Below, one piece after another: positions 1 to 9,662 of a stretch of DNA of 64,000 bases. Below the pieces are notes generated by a model. The model ran no database searches. It worked only from the letters and a program-made list of their open reading frames with translations, and was not told where the DNA came from. The stretch is from Calditrichales bacterium (GTDB taxonomy: Bacteria; Calditrichota; Calditrichia; Calditrichales; J004): NCBI GenBank assembly GCA_965267575.1, contig OZ254086.1, positions 544,001 to 608,000 of the forward strand, given 5' to 3'. Both the position numbers and the translations under genes were made by a program. Numbering within the stretch: position 1 is the first letter of the stretch; each line of letters opens with the position of its first letter.

Positions 1-3000
1 AATCACCACCATGAAGGTGACAGGCTTCAGCGCCGGATAACTGGCAATCTTTTCAAATAATTGCGGGTGTTTCTGCTCGCTGATGCCGTTTTCCTTCAGC
101 CGGCGGCGTATTTCATCCACGCTGCAGCTTTCACCGTCCTCAAACAACGGCGCAATCAGCTCGATCTCTTCTTCATTAAAGAACACCGGCTGGCCTTTGG
201 AGTCCAGAAACATGCGCGTCGGGTAACCGCCTTCGCCGGTGTCGTACTGGATGCCCAGTTCGCGGGCGGCCACCACATGGGCGCGCCAGCTGTCCAGGCC
301 AATAGAGCCGACGGATTTGCCGCCAAACATCCACGGTGCTTCCAGGACCAGGTCCTTGTCCAGCGGCAGCGCGCACTGCACCTCATCCAGCTCGCTCTCC
401 TCCACATCCATCGGGTCTTTGTTGTAGAGAATTTTCATCACATCGAAACCGTCGCCCAGCAGGCCGGTCTGTTTCACCTTGTTGAGGTCCAGCATGCTGA
501 GATCCCCGGCGCCCATACGGCCCATTGATTCAATCAGCATTCCGGGCCAGACGTAATCGCGCTTGTAGAGGGTCTGGTTGGTTTGCCCCAGCAGGTAAAA
601 ATTATGTGGAATCTCCAGCGGCACGATCTGTTTTTTAAGCTGCGAGTAGCGGCGAATCGATTTTTCTGGAATGTTTTCATTGGCCAGTTGCGCCGCATTT
701 ACCGCGGCGTAGGTGTCGATCCAGCTCTCTTTTTCAAACACGTTGCGTTGCAGCCGGTTTTCCAGCGCGTGGAAGTCGATCAATCGGCCTTCTTCGCCCA
801 CGGTCTTTTTGATGTCTTTAAAGCCCGAAGCACCCAGCACCTCGAGGATCTGCACCTTGCGTGATTCAGCCTGGTTGTTCAGCCGTTTGACCGCCTTCTC
901 CAGATCGAGGCTGAGCAGCTTCTCGGTGGTTGCTTTATCCTCTTTGATGGCGCGGTAAGTCGATGGGTCCAGCGCCAGCAACGCCGCGAAATCGATCAGG
1001 GTCGCCTCCGCCCCGCGCTGGATGGTCTTTTGCGAATCAGAGGCCAGGCGGATACCGCCGGAAGCGATCAGGCTCACTTCATGGCGCCGCCCGATGCGCA
1101 TCAAATAGTGGTGGATGGCGCGCACGGCGCTGCTGGTAACGAAATATTCGTCCTTGTTGCGCTTGCCGTGGATATGCAGCACATCGATGTTCTGATCCAG
1201 AAAATGGTTGACCATCTCTTTTATTTTCACCGTCGGGCTAAGTGAGCCGATCAGGTCATACTCCGATACCTCGACATAACCGGCAATCAGCGGCAGCGTT
1301 TGTCCGCTGGATTTAACGGAATCGCGAATGTAGGAAATGGTGCGCCCGATGTCCTTGTGATACTCCACCTCAAACATGGGCATGCGCCACAGGTCGGTGA
1401 GCAGCTCGCGGTTGGTGCGCGGGTTTACCTGCAGCCGGTCAATAAGCTCGTGGTCTGCGCGCGGCACCAGTACAGCCGGTAGTTTGTCGTAGTCGCCCTC
1501 GCGCAGGAAGGTGTTGTAATTTTGCAGGATACGCTCCAGCGGTACCACCACGAGGCTTTTCTGCTTTTCGGCCACCTTGATCAGCGCCAGCTCCGCCCGT
1601 CCGTTGCTCTCCAGGCGCAGAGCGTTGTACAGGATCGGCGTCATCAGCTTGATCGTGCGGTGGTCGTTGGGGATCAGGTTTTCCTGCTTGTCGAAACGGC
1701 AATAACTGTCACGCTTACCCAGGATCACGGAAAGCTCTTCCTCGGGATCGCCCTCGTGCAGGCGATTCTGCGCCGGCCCCACGATATGAAAATGAGCAAA
1801 ACGCTCGGCGTCAAAACCGATACCCATGTGGCGGTCACCCTGGCCCATGCCGCTCACCGGGATCTGCCCCGTGGAAGCTTCTTTATCGATTTCCATGATG
1901 ATATCTTCGGTGACGTACTTGTCGGCCATGTCGGTCAGCTTTGTGCTGCGGTGCACGGTAGTCGTATCATGAATGCGGCTCTGGCGGTTTACCCAGTAGC
2001 GCTTTTCTTCAAGGTCGGTGGCGTTGTAAATAAAATTATCAATGTACGATCGCTCTTCCTGGGCGACTTTGTTTTGCGGGCAGTAGTTGACGCAGGCATT
2101 GCACAGCGCGCAATTCAGATCGAGCAATTCCGGGATTTCACGCGGTTTGCCGTGGCGGGCGCCGTACATGCAGGCGTTCTCGTCGCTGCACATGCCACAA
2201 TGGATACAGGTTTTGGGGTCGATGTAAAGCTGGCCGTATTCGAATCCGCGCGGGTAAACAATATTTAAACCATGCTGCAGGTGCGAGCGGTTGTCTTTCT
2301 GCTCGCTGTGCGTGTGCTCCGTATACAGCGGGCTTTCTTTCATGATCTGCCAGAAGCGCTCGATGTATTCGGCCTTTTCTTTTTGCTCAAGACCCAGCGC
2401 GCGCACAAAACGATTGTCTTCCTCGACCATGTCAAACAGACGGGTGAGCGGGATATCCGTGGGACAGACACGCACGCAGTTATCGCAGCGGGTGCAGGCC
2501 AGAAAACCAAGCGCCTCCTCGCGTGAGATGCTTTCACCTTCCACCAGGCGCTGCGCTGTTTTGCGGCGTGTTATCGGCGTGGCCGGACCGTACATGCCAA
2601 ACACATCGCTGGTGGGACACACCCGCTCGCAGCTGTCACATTCGGCGCAGGGCGAAATGACGCTTTCCAGCGTTTCCGTGCGCTGCTTCTTCAAATCGCT
2701 GGGAACAACCCGCGGCACAAAAAAGCTGCTGACGTTCCAGGCCAGGCGCTGCAGGGGATAAGAGATAAGGTTCTTTTTGCCCTGCTGACGTTTATGGGTA
2801 GTGCGGACAAACCAGCCGTTTAAGGCCGGTGTCAGCGACGAAAACAATCGGAACGCCAAACGCCGCCCGCGCGGATGGAAATATTTGCCGCGGTTAAGCA
2901 GCAAGCCCGGGTCCCAGCTCCGTTTCAGGCGCAGCAGGTCGCGCACAAGGTTGCCGGTAACGCGTTTCCAGCGTTTAAAAAAGGGATAATTCCAAAGGCC

Positions 3001-4494
3001 GATGCCGTAGGGGATGGCGCCGAAAAACTGCGCGGCCTGGGTCATCAAAGGCACCAGCCCGAAGTAAATTTTGTGGCGCAGCGTGCGCGTATCGGCCAGC
3101 ACGATGGATTGGATCAGCATGCGCCCTTCCTGCAGCAGGTGGCCTTCGCTTTTCAGATCGATGCCGAGCAGGCGCTGCAGCAGCTGGCGGGTCATGTTCT
3201 GGTAGCCGACGAAGGATTCCAGCGGCAGGATTGTTTCGCTTACCAGCATGGACGGGCCGCTCTGCTTCATCTGCACCGGCAGGAAGCGGTGTTCCCATAG
3301 CTTGTGTGAAAGCTCGGTGGAAAGCTGGCGGAACAGCAACTGCTCCACGCGGATATTTTCGCCGGCGCCGGCAAACAGCCGTGTTTTTAACGCCGCTTCA
3401 AAATCTTCCTGCGCGTCAAAATGCAGCACGAGAATATGGGCGCAGCCTTCCAGCTCACGGATGGTGCGTTTGTCGTCCTGCAGCTCGTTCAGCCGTTTTT
3501 GATCGTTGATCTCCAGGGCCTGGCGGGCGTCGTTTTCATTATGCTTGCGCTCGATGCGCGCGGTTTCGGCGATATAAGCCCTGTCAAAATAGATGACCGA
3601 GGTGGGCCGGATGCGGCGCTGACGCAGGCGCTCAATGTAGGAGGCCACGTCTTCGCTGCGTTCAAAGGAAAAGGCGTAGGGTTTGGAAACAAAAGACTCG
3701 CGGCGCACCTTGAGCGCGCCACCCACGACGATACCAAGTTGCCCTTCGGAGTTGAACAGCGCGTCAAATTCGCCGTCGCGGGGCAGCAGGGTCAGCAATT
3801 GACCGTCCGGCTTTACCACCAGCAGCATTTCCACGGAATCGCGCACGGGGCCGTATTTGTAGCTGCCCAGCCCCAGTCCGCCGGTTACTATCCAGCCGGC
3901 AATTGTGCCGCTGTGCGGATTGGTGATCTCCTGGCACAGGGTGTAGCCTGCCTGTTTCAGAAAGTCGCGCGCTTTGGGAAAAAGCAATCCGGCGCCAAAA
4001 AGCAGGGTGTCGTTATCTTCATCGAGCCGTTTAAAGTCCAGCCCGGAGAGATCGAGCACGATGTCATCGTCCAGCGGGACGCAGCCGCCAAAAGGCCAGG
4101 TACCGGCTCCGCGCACGGTGTAAGAAAGCTTATTCTGCGCGGCATAGCGCACAAAGGCTTGCACGTCTTCCACGCAACCCGGACGCAGTACAAAGGATAA
4201 ACGCACGTTAAGCAGCAAATCCTTTACAAAACCGGGGATGATGTGCGTGCCCGTGTCGTTTTCGTAAACCATTTTCTGCACGGCGTTGGGCAGAAAGATT
4301 TCCGCGCCTTCGGACAATTCCGCGGCAAGCGCCTCCATATATTTGCGGAAGCGCGATGCTTTGCCGGACGCCACAGAGTGGTCTTCAAAAAGAAGGGCGC
4401 GCGCTTTGCGCTGGCTGTTTATGCGTGATGTGATGTTTTGGTTAAGAAAAAAATCGCGGTACTGCTCGAACAGTTCGGGGCCGGGCTGGGTCAT
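1..4494 (-). CDS. Giant fusion: FAD-binding oxidoreductase (GlcD/D-lactate dehydrogenase-like) + four 4Fe-4S motifs + two glutamate-synthase-like FMN domains; truncated by the window edge
   Basis: Translated by hand: ATG at 4494 (MTQPGPELF...) with AAAAGGA upstream; no stop down to base 1, so absent from the ORF track. Motifs: VRGAGTWPFGG, WDPGLLLNRGK, CAECDSCERVCP, CTRCDNCVRVCP, CIHCGMCSDENAC, CALCNACVNYCP, LIASGGIR, DTGEGG. Confidence 0.85.
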   Translation of the reverse strand, partial: MTQPGPELFEQYRDFFLNQNITSRINSQRKARALLFEDHSVASGKASRFRKYMEALAAELSEGAEIFLPNAVQKMVYENDTGTHIIPGFVKDLLLNVRLSFVLRPGCVEDVQAFVRYAAQNKLSYTVRGAGTWPFGGCVPLDDDIVLDLSGLDFKRLDEDNDTLLFGAGLLFPKARDFLKQAGYTLCQEITNPHSGTIAGWIVTGGLGLGSYKYGPVRDSVEMLLVVKPDGQLLTLLPRDGEFDALFNSEGQLGIVVGGALKVRRESFVSKPYAFSFERSEDVASYIERLRQRRIRPTSVIYFDRAYIAETARIERKHNENDARQALEINDQKRLNELQDDKRTIRELEGCAHILVLHFDAQEDFEAALKTRLFAGAGENIRVEQLLFRQLSTELSHKLWEHRFLPVQMKQSGPSMLVSETILPLESFVGYQNMTRQLLQRLLGIDLKSEGHLLQEGRMLIQSIVLADTRTLRHKIYFGLVPLMTQAAQFFGAIPYGIGLWNYPFFKRWKRVTGNLVRDLLRLKRSWDPGLLLNRGKYFHPRGRRLAFRLFSSLTPALNGWFVRTTHKRQQGKKNLISYPLQRLAWNVSSFFVPRVVPSDLKKQRTETLESVISPCAECDSCERVCPTSDVFGMYGPATPITRRKTAQRLVEGESISREEALGFLACTRCDNCVRVCPTDIPLTRLFDMVEEDNRFVRALGLEQKEKAEYIERFWQIMKESPLYTEHTHSEQKDNRSHLQHGLNIVYPRGFEYGQLYIDPKTCIHCGMCSDENACMYGARHGKPREIPELLDLNCALCNACVNYCPQNKVAQEERSYIDNFIYNATDLEEKRYWVNRQSRIHDTTTVHRSTKLTDMADKYVTEDIIMEIDKEASTGQIPVSGMGQGDRHMGIGFDAERFAHFHIVGPAQNRLHEGDPEEELSVILGKRDSYCRFDKQENLIPNDHRTIKLMTPILYNALRLESNGRAELALIKVAEKQKSLVVVPLERILQNYNTFLREGDYDKLPAVLVPRADHELIDRLQVNPRTNRELLTDLWRMPMFEVEYHKDIGRTISYIRDSVKSSGQTLPLIAGYVEVSEYDLIGSLSPTVKIKEMVNHFLDQNIDVLHIHGKRNKDEYFVTSSAVRAIHHYLMRIGRRHEVSLIASGGIRLASDSQKTIQRGAEATLIDFAALLALDPSTYRAIKEDKATTEKLLSLDLEKAVKRLNNQAESRKVQILEVLGASGFKDIKKTVGEEGRLIDFHALENRLQRNVFEKESWIDTYAAVNAAQLANENIPEKSIRRYSQLKKQIVPLEIPHNFYLLGQTNQTLYKRDYVWPGMLIESMGRMGAGDLSMLDLNKVKQTGLLGDGFDVMKILYNKDPMDVEESELDEVQCALPLDKDLVLEAPWMFGGKSVGSIGLDSWRAHVVAARELGIQYDTGEGGYPTRMFLDSKGQPVFFNEEEIELIAPLFEDGESCSVDEIRRRLKENGISEQKHPQLFEKIASYPALKPVTFMVVI

Positions 4495-4651
4495 AAGGCT
4501 GATCCTTTTGGTCGCGTAAAGCCATTAATATAATACCCGAATCGGCAGCATGTGTGACAAAGTTGAAAAACGGTGCGGATAATCTGCGGTGATGGAGTGA
4601 AAGTATATGCCGGTCTGTTTCAGGCCGCCCACAGGGATAAAAGCATTCGCC

Positions 4652-4747
4652 TGTCACCCCGGTCTTGCGCCGGGGTCTCTTCCTGAACCCCGGCAAAGCT
4701 CCCCGGCTCGGAAAAAGACCAGCCGGATTATTCCTGGCACCGTGACA
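4652..4747. repeat. Degenerate palindromic REP-like doublet
   Basis: Ends tgtcac...gtgaca are inverted; internal hairpin gaccccgg-like (caccccgg-N6-ccggggtc). Confidence 0.45.
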
Positions 4748-4773
4748 ATCCATTGCTTTACACTTACCCATTT

Positions 4774-4844
4774 CCTCATTCTGAACTCGTTTCAGAATCC
4801 CGCCCGTCCCGTGAAAAAGATCCTGAAATAAATTCAGGATGACG
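4774..4844. repeat. CGTC-type REP-like doublet, copy 1
   Basis: tcattctgaactcgtttcagaatc...gatcctgaaataaattcaggatgacg: two hairpins; near-identical to 8270-8339. Confidence 0.85.
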
Positions 4845-4925
4845 GTGCCAGATGTTAACAACATTTCTTAATCACCCCGCAACATCTTTCTATTTTCTCC
4901 TGCAACTCTTATATTTCCTCTAAAC

Positions 4926-4953
4926 AAAAAAGCCCCCGGCTAAACCCGGGGGC
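4926..4953 (-). terminator. Intrinsic terminator
   Basis: gcccccgg/ccgggggc hairpin followed by a U-run on the minus strand, downstream of 5017..6072. Confidence 0.8.
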
Positions 4954-5016
4954 CTTAATAAACCTGTCGGCGGTTCTGGGGCCTCTGCCAAAAGACCTTT
5001 ACCAAAGACAGGTTTT

Positions 5017-6072
5017 TTATTTTACAAGAAGCATGCGTTTGGCCTGGGTAAAACGCTTGCCGCTTTCCATGCCCGTGGCGCTGATGCGGTAAATATAAAT
5101 TCCACTTGGTAACGTGCCGCCGTCAAAAGTGGCATAATGCCAGCCCTGCTCCTGCGACTTCTTCACCACAACGGAAACCTTACGCCCGCTGACGTCAAAC
5201 ACCTCCAGCGTAACCGCGCTGGCTTCCGGCAAGGCATAGCTTATTTGTGTTGTGGGGTTGAAGGGGTTGGGATGGTTGGCTGCAAGAGCAAAATCATTTA
5301 TAGAAATATTTTGCAAAGCTATTGATTCGCCCCAACTCGATAGTGGTTCACCCTGTACTTTTATTGATACTGTGCTCGAATGGCTGGATTCATTATCCTG
5401 GTAATCAACTGCGGTTACCCGGTAATCAACGTCATACTGGTTTGCGGCAGGTTCGCCGGCCACCTCTTCTTCGGTGTCTTCGTACGAAGTACTGGTCGTA
5501 GTCGCTAGGTATGAAAAATTCGGATAGCTGTCGGGGTCTCTTTTATAAACCTTATAGTGCTGCAAATCTGCGGCTTCACTGGCATCCCAGCTAATCAAAG
5601 GGTGATTATTTACACTTGATGTCACCAACGGCGAAGTAGGCGATTGTGGACTATGGGAATCATTAACGGAAAAATAATAATAAGAGGATTGGTCGGAGGC
5701 TGTTACGCATATAGCCAAGACTTTTACGCGATAATTGCCGTTACCATTGTCGGCAATTGCGTTTATATCTGTATAAGCATCATAATGAACCTGTCCATAG
5801 AATGGCGTTTGAGGCTCAAAAAACCGATTGTCAATTGCCCCTGAAGCAGCATTAACCCAGCCAGAGCCATCATTATATTCCACATCAAGCTCCATATAAG
5901 CAGGAGCTCCGGAGTAATGAGCATCCTGAAGATACCCATCCACATATACTTCTACGGCATTAAAATCATTAAAAGAGCTATAAATGTATACATTCTGTAT
6001 AACTGCGTCCGCTGATTCTCCATCAGCATATAAAAATCCGATTAATACAAAAAAAATAAAAAATCTATACAT
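5017..6072 (-). CDS. Secreted protein with FN3-like domain and T9SS type A-like C-terminal domain
   Basis: Signal peptide; LISWDAS...YKVYK...YRVTAVD (FN3-like); NHPNPFNP...SGIYIY...KRMLLVK. Confidence 0.75.
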   Translation of the reverse strand: MYRFFIFFVLIGFLYADGESADAVIQNVYIYSSFNDFNAVEVYVDGYLQDAHYSGAPAYMELDVEYNDGSGWVNAASGAIDNRFFEPQTPFYGQVHYDAYTDINAIADNGNGNYRVKVLAICVTASDQSSYYYFSVNDSHSPQSPTSPLVTSSVNNHPLISWDASEAADLQHYKVYKRDPDSYPNFSYLATTTSTSYEDTEEEVAGEPAANQYDVDYRVTAVDYQDNESSHSSTVSIKVQGEPLSSWGESIALQNISINDFALAANHPNPFNPTTQISYALPEASAVTLEVFDVSGRKVSVVVKKSQEQGWHYATFDGGTLPSGIYIYRISATGMESGKRFTQAKRMLLVK

Positions 6073-6096
6073 AAATCCTCTTTTGAGTTGAGTTGG

Positions 6097-8118
6097 TCAT
6101 TTTATATATAAAGCTTTTGATATCTTATAAAAGTCTTTTCCTTTTATTACGACAAAGTATGTACCTGCTGAGAAATTGCCGTTGTAGTTACTTAGATCCA
6201 AATTTAAACTATGTTCACCGGCAAAGTTGAAGCTGAGATCGTCTCGAACCAATTGCTGGCCATTGATATTATATATATATAAAAACAATACTTGCGGCTG
6301 AGACAAAGTAAAATTTATTTTTGTTGCAGAGTTAAATGGGTTAGGGAAAACATGCAATTTTTTATCTTGTTGCGTTTGTACTTCATGATCTTCAATAGAA
6401 ACCGCTGCATCATAATAAAAAGCTGGAAAAACAAATCCTTCAAGGCTATTCCCATATTGATCAATAAATTCATATTTTATGTGGTAAAAACCAGTCATGA
6501 GATCAGGTACTTGAGAGACGTAAAAACCCTGGTGCTTAAATAAATTCACTTCCCTCCATTCCATTGATTCTTCGTGTTTTAAATATAGTGCACTCTTGAA
6601 AATACCATATTCGTCGTCAGCCAAAATCCTAATATTATTTTCCTCTGAGCTTTTTAGATAGGCGGACAATTGACCATTAGAAGTAATTTGAAATGCGCTT
6701 ATAAACGGTGGGTTCTTATCTGGTACAGTTGTATTAAAATCGGCACTTACGCTACATATACCTGCTTTTCCAAAAACTTCATTCTTATAATGAATACACT
6801 CTAGATCATAGACACCCGGTCCATAACCAAATTCCAAAGAATCACTATCTACTCCTATTATCTTGTACCAAAATAAATCTCTCCCCCATGTACTCTTTTC
6901 AATAAGTTCATCATTTTTCTTTAGAGAATAGAAAAATGGAGAAACATTAAGATCGTCGTTTGTTTGGGAAAGAAACATATAATTGCCGTACCCAACATGG
7001 GCATGTGGGGCGCGAATAATAATGCTATCTGTAGAATTAAAAAAACGACCATTCCAGAATGTTGGCGTTAGGCCATACTTAAAACCCTCTTTGGGAATCG
7101 CATAGACATCGTTTTCATCTGTTCCATATTTTAAATAGATATGCTCAGCACCATAGTATGATTTGACGGTTCTGTATTCATAATCAAACGCCGTATTTAA
7201 CCAATGTGTCATTTTTGAGGTTAGTAAATTTCTAGAAGCAAGGGTGTCCTGAACAATATCTAACGTAACAGGCACTTTTATCGTCCCGTCATTAGGATAA
7301 TAGTGCCCGGATGGATAAGCTATTGAAACCTGAGCATTTGGAGATTCTTCTAATATCGAATCCGGTACGTGAAAGCTGATTTCTGCTTCTGAATAGTGGA
7401 TAGGGTCGTTTGATATGAGACTATCATCCGGATTTGACTTCAGAGGACCATTAAGCAAATAGATTTTATTATCATTAAATGGGCGCTTTCCTTTTACCGA
7501 CCATGTATTTTCAAGATAATCAGGGAAATTATTGTAAAAAAGATAAAAGGCGCTGCTGTCAAGAGAGTAATCAGACAATCCGAATCCAGACGTATGAGTA
7601 TGTACGAAAAAAAATTGCATAGAATTGATCCTTAAATCAGAGCCGTCTTTTCTAACTAAAGAAATTTTTTTATAAAGATCCGCCTCATTCAGGGAAAAGG
7701 AAATTTCTGCTTCAGTTATATTTTTTTTATAAAGAATCATTTCCTTATGTTTTGACAGTTGCAGACCAGTCATAATATCAAACGTGTCTAAACCAACAGG
7801 AATAATAAAACTATTGGAGGGTTCGCTAACAAAAGTATCTGTTCCCACATTGTTAAAAATCCATATAAACTCCATATTAAAATCCGCCTCTACAAAAATT
7901 GCCCTTTTTGTTGCACCTGGCAACATTTCTCCTAAATGAAAATGCTTAGGACGATTTTTTGCAAATTGGGGGTATAATGATTGAGCAAAAACCGATAAAA
8001 AGAATAAGACGTAAATAAGAAGCTTTTTCGTCAGCAAATACTCACAATATATTTTCCTGGTAGGCCAATATTGCATGTACGCTATTACTGAAAGTATAAT
8101 ATTTGCCTCCCAAGCCAT
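6097..8118 (-). CDS. AT-rich secreted protein with T9SS type A-like C-terminal domain (start probably TTG at about 8037)
   Basis: KKLLIYVLFFLSVFA signal-like segment; C-terminal VFPNPFN...AGTYFV...KALYIK. Confidence 0.7.
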   Translation of the reverse strand: MAWEANIILSVIAYMQYWPTRKIYCEYLLTKKLLIYVLFFLSVFAQSLYPQFAKNRPKHFHLGEMLPGATKRAIFVEADFNMEFIWIFNNVGTDTFVSEPSNSFIIPVGLDTFDIMTGLQLSKHKEMILYKKNITEAEISFSLNEADLYKKISLVRKDGSDLRINSMQFFFVHTHTSGFGLSDYSLDSSAFYLFYNNFPDYLENTWSVKGKRPFNDNKIYLLNGPLKSNPDDSLISNDPIHYSEAEISFHVPDSILEESPNAQVSIAYPSGHYYPNDGTIKVPVTLDIVQDTLASRNLLTSKMTHWLNTAFDYEYRTVKSYYGAEHIYLKYGTDENDVYAIPKEGFKYGLTPTFWNGRFFNSTDSIIIRAPHAHVGYGNYMFLSQTNDDLNVSPFFYSLKKNDELIEKSTWGRDLFWYKIIGVDSDSLEFGYGPGVYDLECIHYKNEVFGKAGICSVSADFNTTVPDKNPPFISAFQITSNGQLSAYLKSSEENNIRILADDEYGIFKSALYLKHEESMEWREVNLFKHQGFYVSQVPDLMTGFYHIKYEFIDQYGNSLEGFVFPAFYYDAAVSIEDHEVQTQQDKKLHVFPNPFNSATKINFTLSQPQVLFLYIYNINGQQLVRDDLSFNFAGEHSLNLDLSNYNGNFSAGTYFVVIKGKDFYKISKALYIK

Positions 8119-8269
8119 TGTTTTACTCTAACTATTTTAATATATACACTCGCTCACTAAAATATCAAGTTAAAAAATTGTTTATTTCACAAAGTAGATA
8201 TAAACATTAGCTTTGGCCGGCATTGCTATTCTCGTCTGGCGCCCCCATTACTTTGCCACTTACCCGTTT

Positions 8270-8339
8270 CGTCATTCTGAACTCGGTTCAGAATCCCGCC
8301 GGCCCGTGAAGAAGATCCTGAAATAAATTCAGGATGACG
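8270..8339. repeat. CGTC-type REP-like doublet, copy 2
   Basis: cgtcattctgaactcggttcagaatc...gatcctgaaataaattcaggatgacg; same orientation as copy 1. Confidence 0.85.
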
Positions 8340-8392
8340 ATGCGGAGAAGGCGCGGATGTCAACCACGCCGTTTTGGCCTGATACATTAAAC

Positions 8393-8429
8393 AAAAAAGG
8401 CCGCCCCGTTATGGAGCGGCCTTTATTTT
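8393..8429 (-). terminator. Intrinsic terminator of metK
   Basis: aaaggccgc...gcggccttt hairpin with A/T tracts. Confidence 0.8.
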
Positions 8430-8442
8430 GAACAATAAGCAA

Positions 8443-9576
8443 CTACTTCTGTAACTGCTTTACCATATCTTTTTTCTCCCAGGTAAACTCGGCCAGCTCG
8501 CGGCCAAAGTGTCCGTAGGCGGCGGTTTTGCGGTAAATGGGTCGGCGCAGTTGCAGCGCCTCAATAATCCCCGCGGGAGTAAAGTCGAACAACTTGCCGA
8601 TCTTGTCGGCCAGTTCTTCATCGGGCACTTTGCCGGTGCCAAAAGTATCCACCAGCAGCGAAACCGGTTCGGAGACACCGATGGCGTAGGCCACCTGCAA
8701 GCCGCATTTGTCGGCCAGCCCGGCTGCCACAATATTTTTGGCCACATAACGGGCGTAATAAGCCGCGGAACGATCCACCTTTGTGGGGTCTTTGCCGCTA
8801 AAGGCGCCACCGCCGTGGCTGTACATGCCACCGTAGGTGTCCACGATGATCTTTCGGCCGGTCAGCCCGGCATCACCCTGCGGCCCGCCGATCACAAAAC
8901 GCCCCGTGGGGTTGATGAAATAATCCACCTTGCCATCCACCAGCAGCTCCTCGGGAATTACCGGCCTGATCACTTTTTCGATAATGCCGTTGCGCAGATC
9001 GTCGTTGCTTACCGTGTCGCTGTGCTGGGTTGATACGACTACTTTTTCCACGCCGACGGGCTTGCCGTCACGGTAGCGAACAGCCACCTGGGCTTTGCCG
9101 TCCGGGCGCAGAAAATCGAGAATGCCTTTTTTGCGTGTTTCGGCCAGCCGGGCGGTCAGCTTGTGTGCCAGGCTGATCGGCATGGGCATCAGCTCAGGTG
9201 TTTCATTACAGGCGTAGCCAAACATCATGCCCTGGTCGCCGGCGCCGGCGCGGTCTACACCCATGGCAATATCGGGTGATTGCTGATCGATGGTGGTCAT
9301 GACGGCGCAGGTGGCGTAATCGAATCCGAACTCCGCTTTTGTATAGCCGATATCTTTGATTACTTCGCGCACCAGGGTGGGGATATCCACGTAGCATTCC
9401 GTAGTAATTTCCCCGCCTATCAGAGCCAGTCCGGTGTTGACAAATGTTTCGCAGGCCACGCGGCCAAAGGGATCATTTTTTAAGACTTCATCAAGAACCG
9501 CGTCCGAGATCTGATCCGCTACTTTGTCCGGATGTCCCTCGGTGACCGATTCTGAAGAAAACAGATATTCATTCAT
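8443..9576 (-). CDS. metK: S-adenosylmethionine synthetase
   Basis: [32 protein letters not shown]. Confidence 0.98.
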   Translation of the reverse strand: MNEYLFSSESVTEGHPDKVADQISDAVLDEVLKNDPFGRVACETFVNTGLALIGGEITTECYVDIPTLVREVIKDIGYTKAEFGFDYATCAVMTTIDQQSPDIAMGVDRAGAGDQGMMFGYACNETPELMPMPISLAHKLTARLAETRKKGILDFLRPDGKAQVAVRYRDGKPVGVEKVVVSTQHSDTVSNDDLRNGIIEKVIRPVIPEELLVDGKVDYFINPTGRFVIGGPQGDAGLTGRKIIVDTYGGMYSHGGGAFSGKDPTKVDRSAAYYARYVAKNIVAAGLADKCGLQVAYAIGVSEPVSLLVDTFGTGKVPDEELADKIGKLFDFTPAGIIEALQLRRPIYRKTAAYGHFGRELAEFTWEKKDMVKQLQK

Positions 9577-9662
9577 TTAAAAACTCTCCTTGAGATTGCA
9601 TTTGGCATAAGCGCTGAATATAGCTAAAAACAATACTATACCCAAAAGAAAGGACTACCTGT

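Noticed and set aside
61-4519. Many plus-strand ORFs (e.g. 1522..2268, 3421..4200)
   Set aside because: Antisense shadows of the long minus-strand gene; no recognisable motifs.
4442-4864. 140-aa minus-strand ORF
   Set aside because: Runs across the REP palindromes and the promoter region, and overlaps the real start out of frame.
4774-8339. Palindromic repeats as CRISPR repeats or integron attC sites
   Set aside because: Only two copies 3.5 kb apart; no spacers, cas genes, integron integrase or attC core ends.
9577-9662. SAM riboswitch upstream of metK
   Set aside because: Only 86 bp, with no recognisable SAM-I or SAM-II core by eye.
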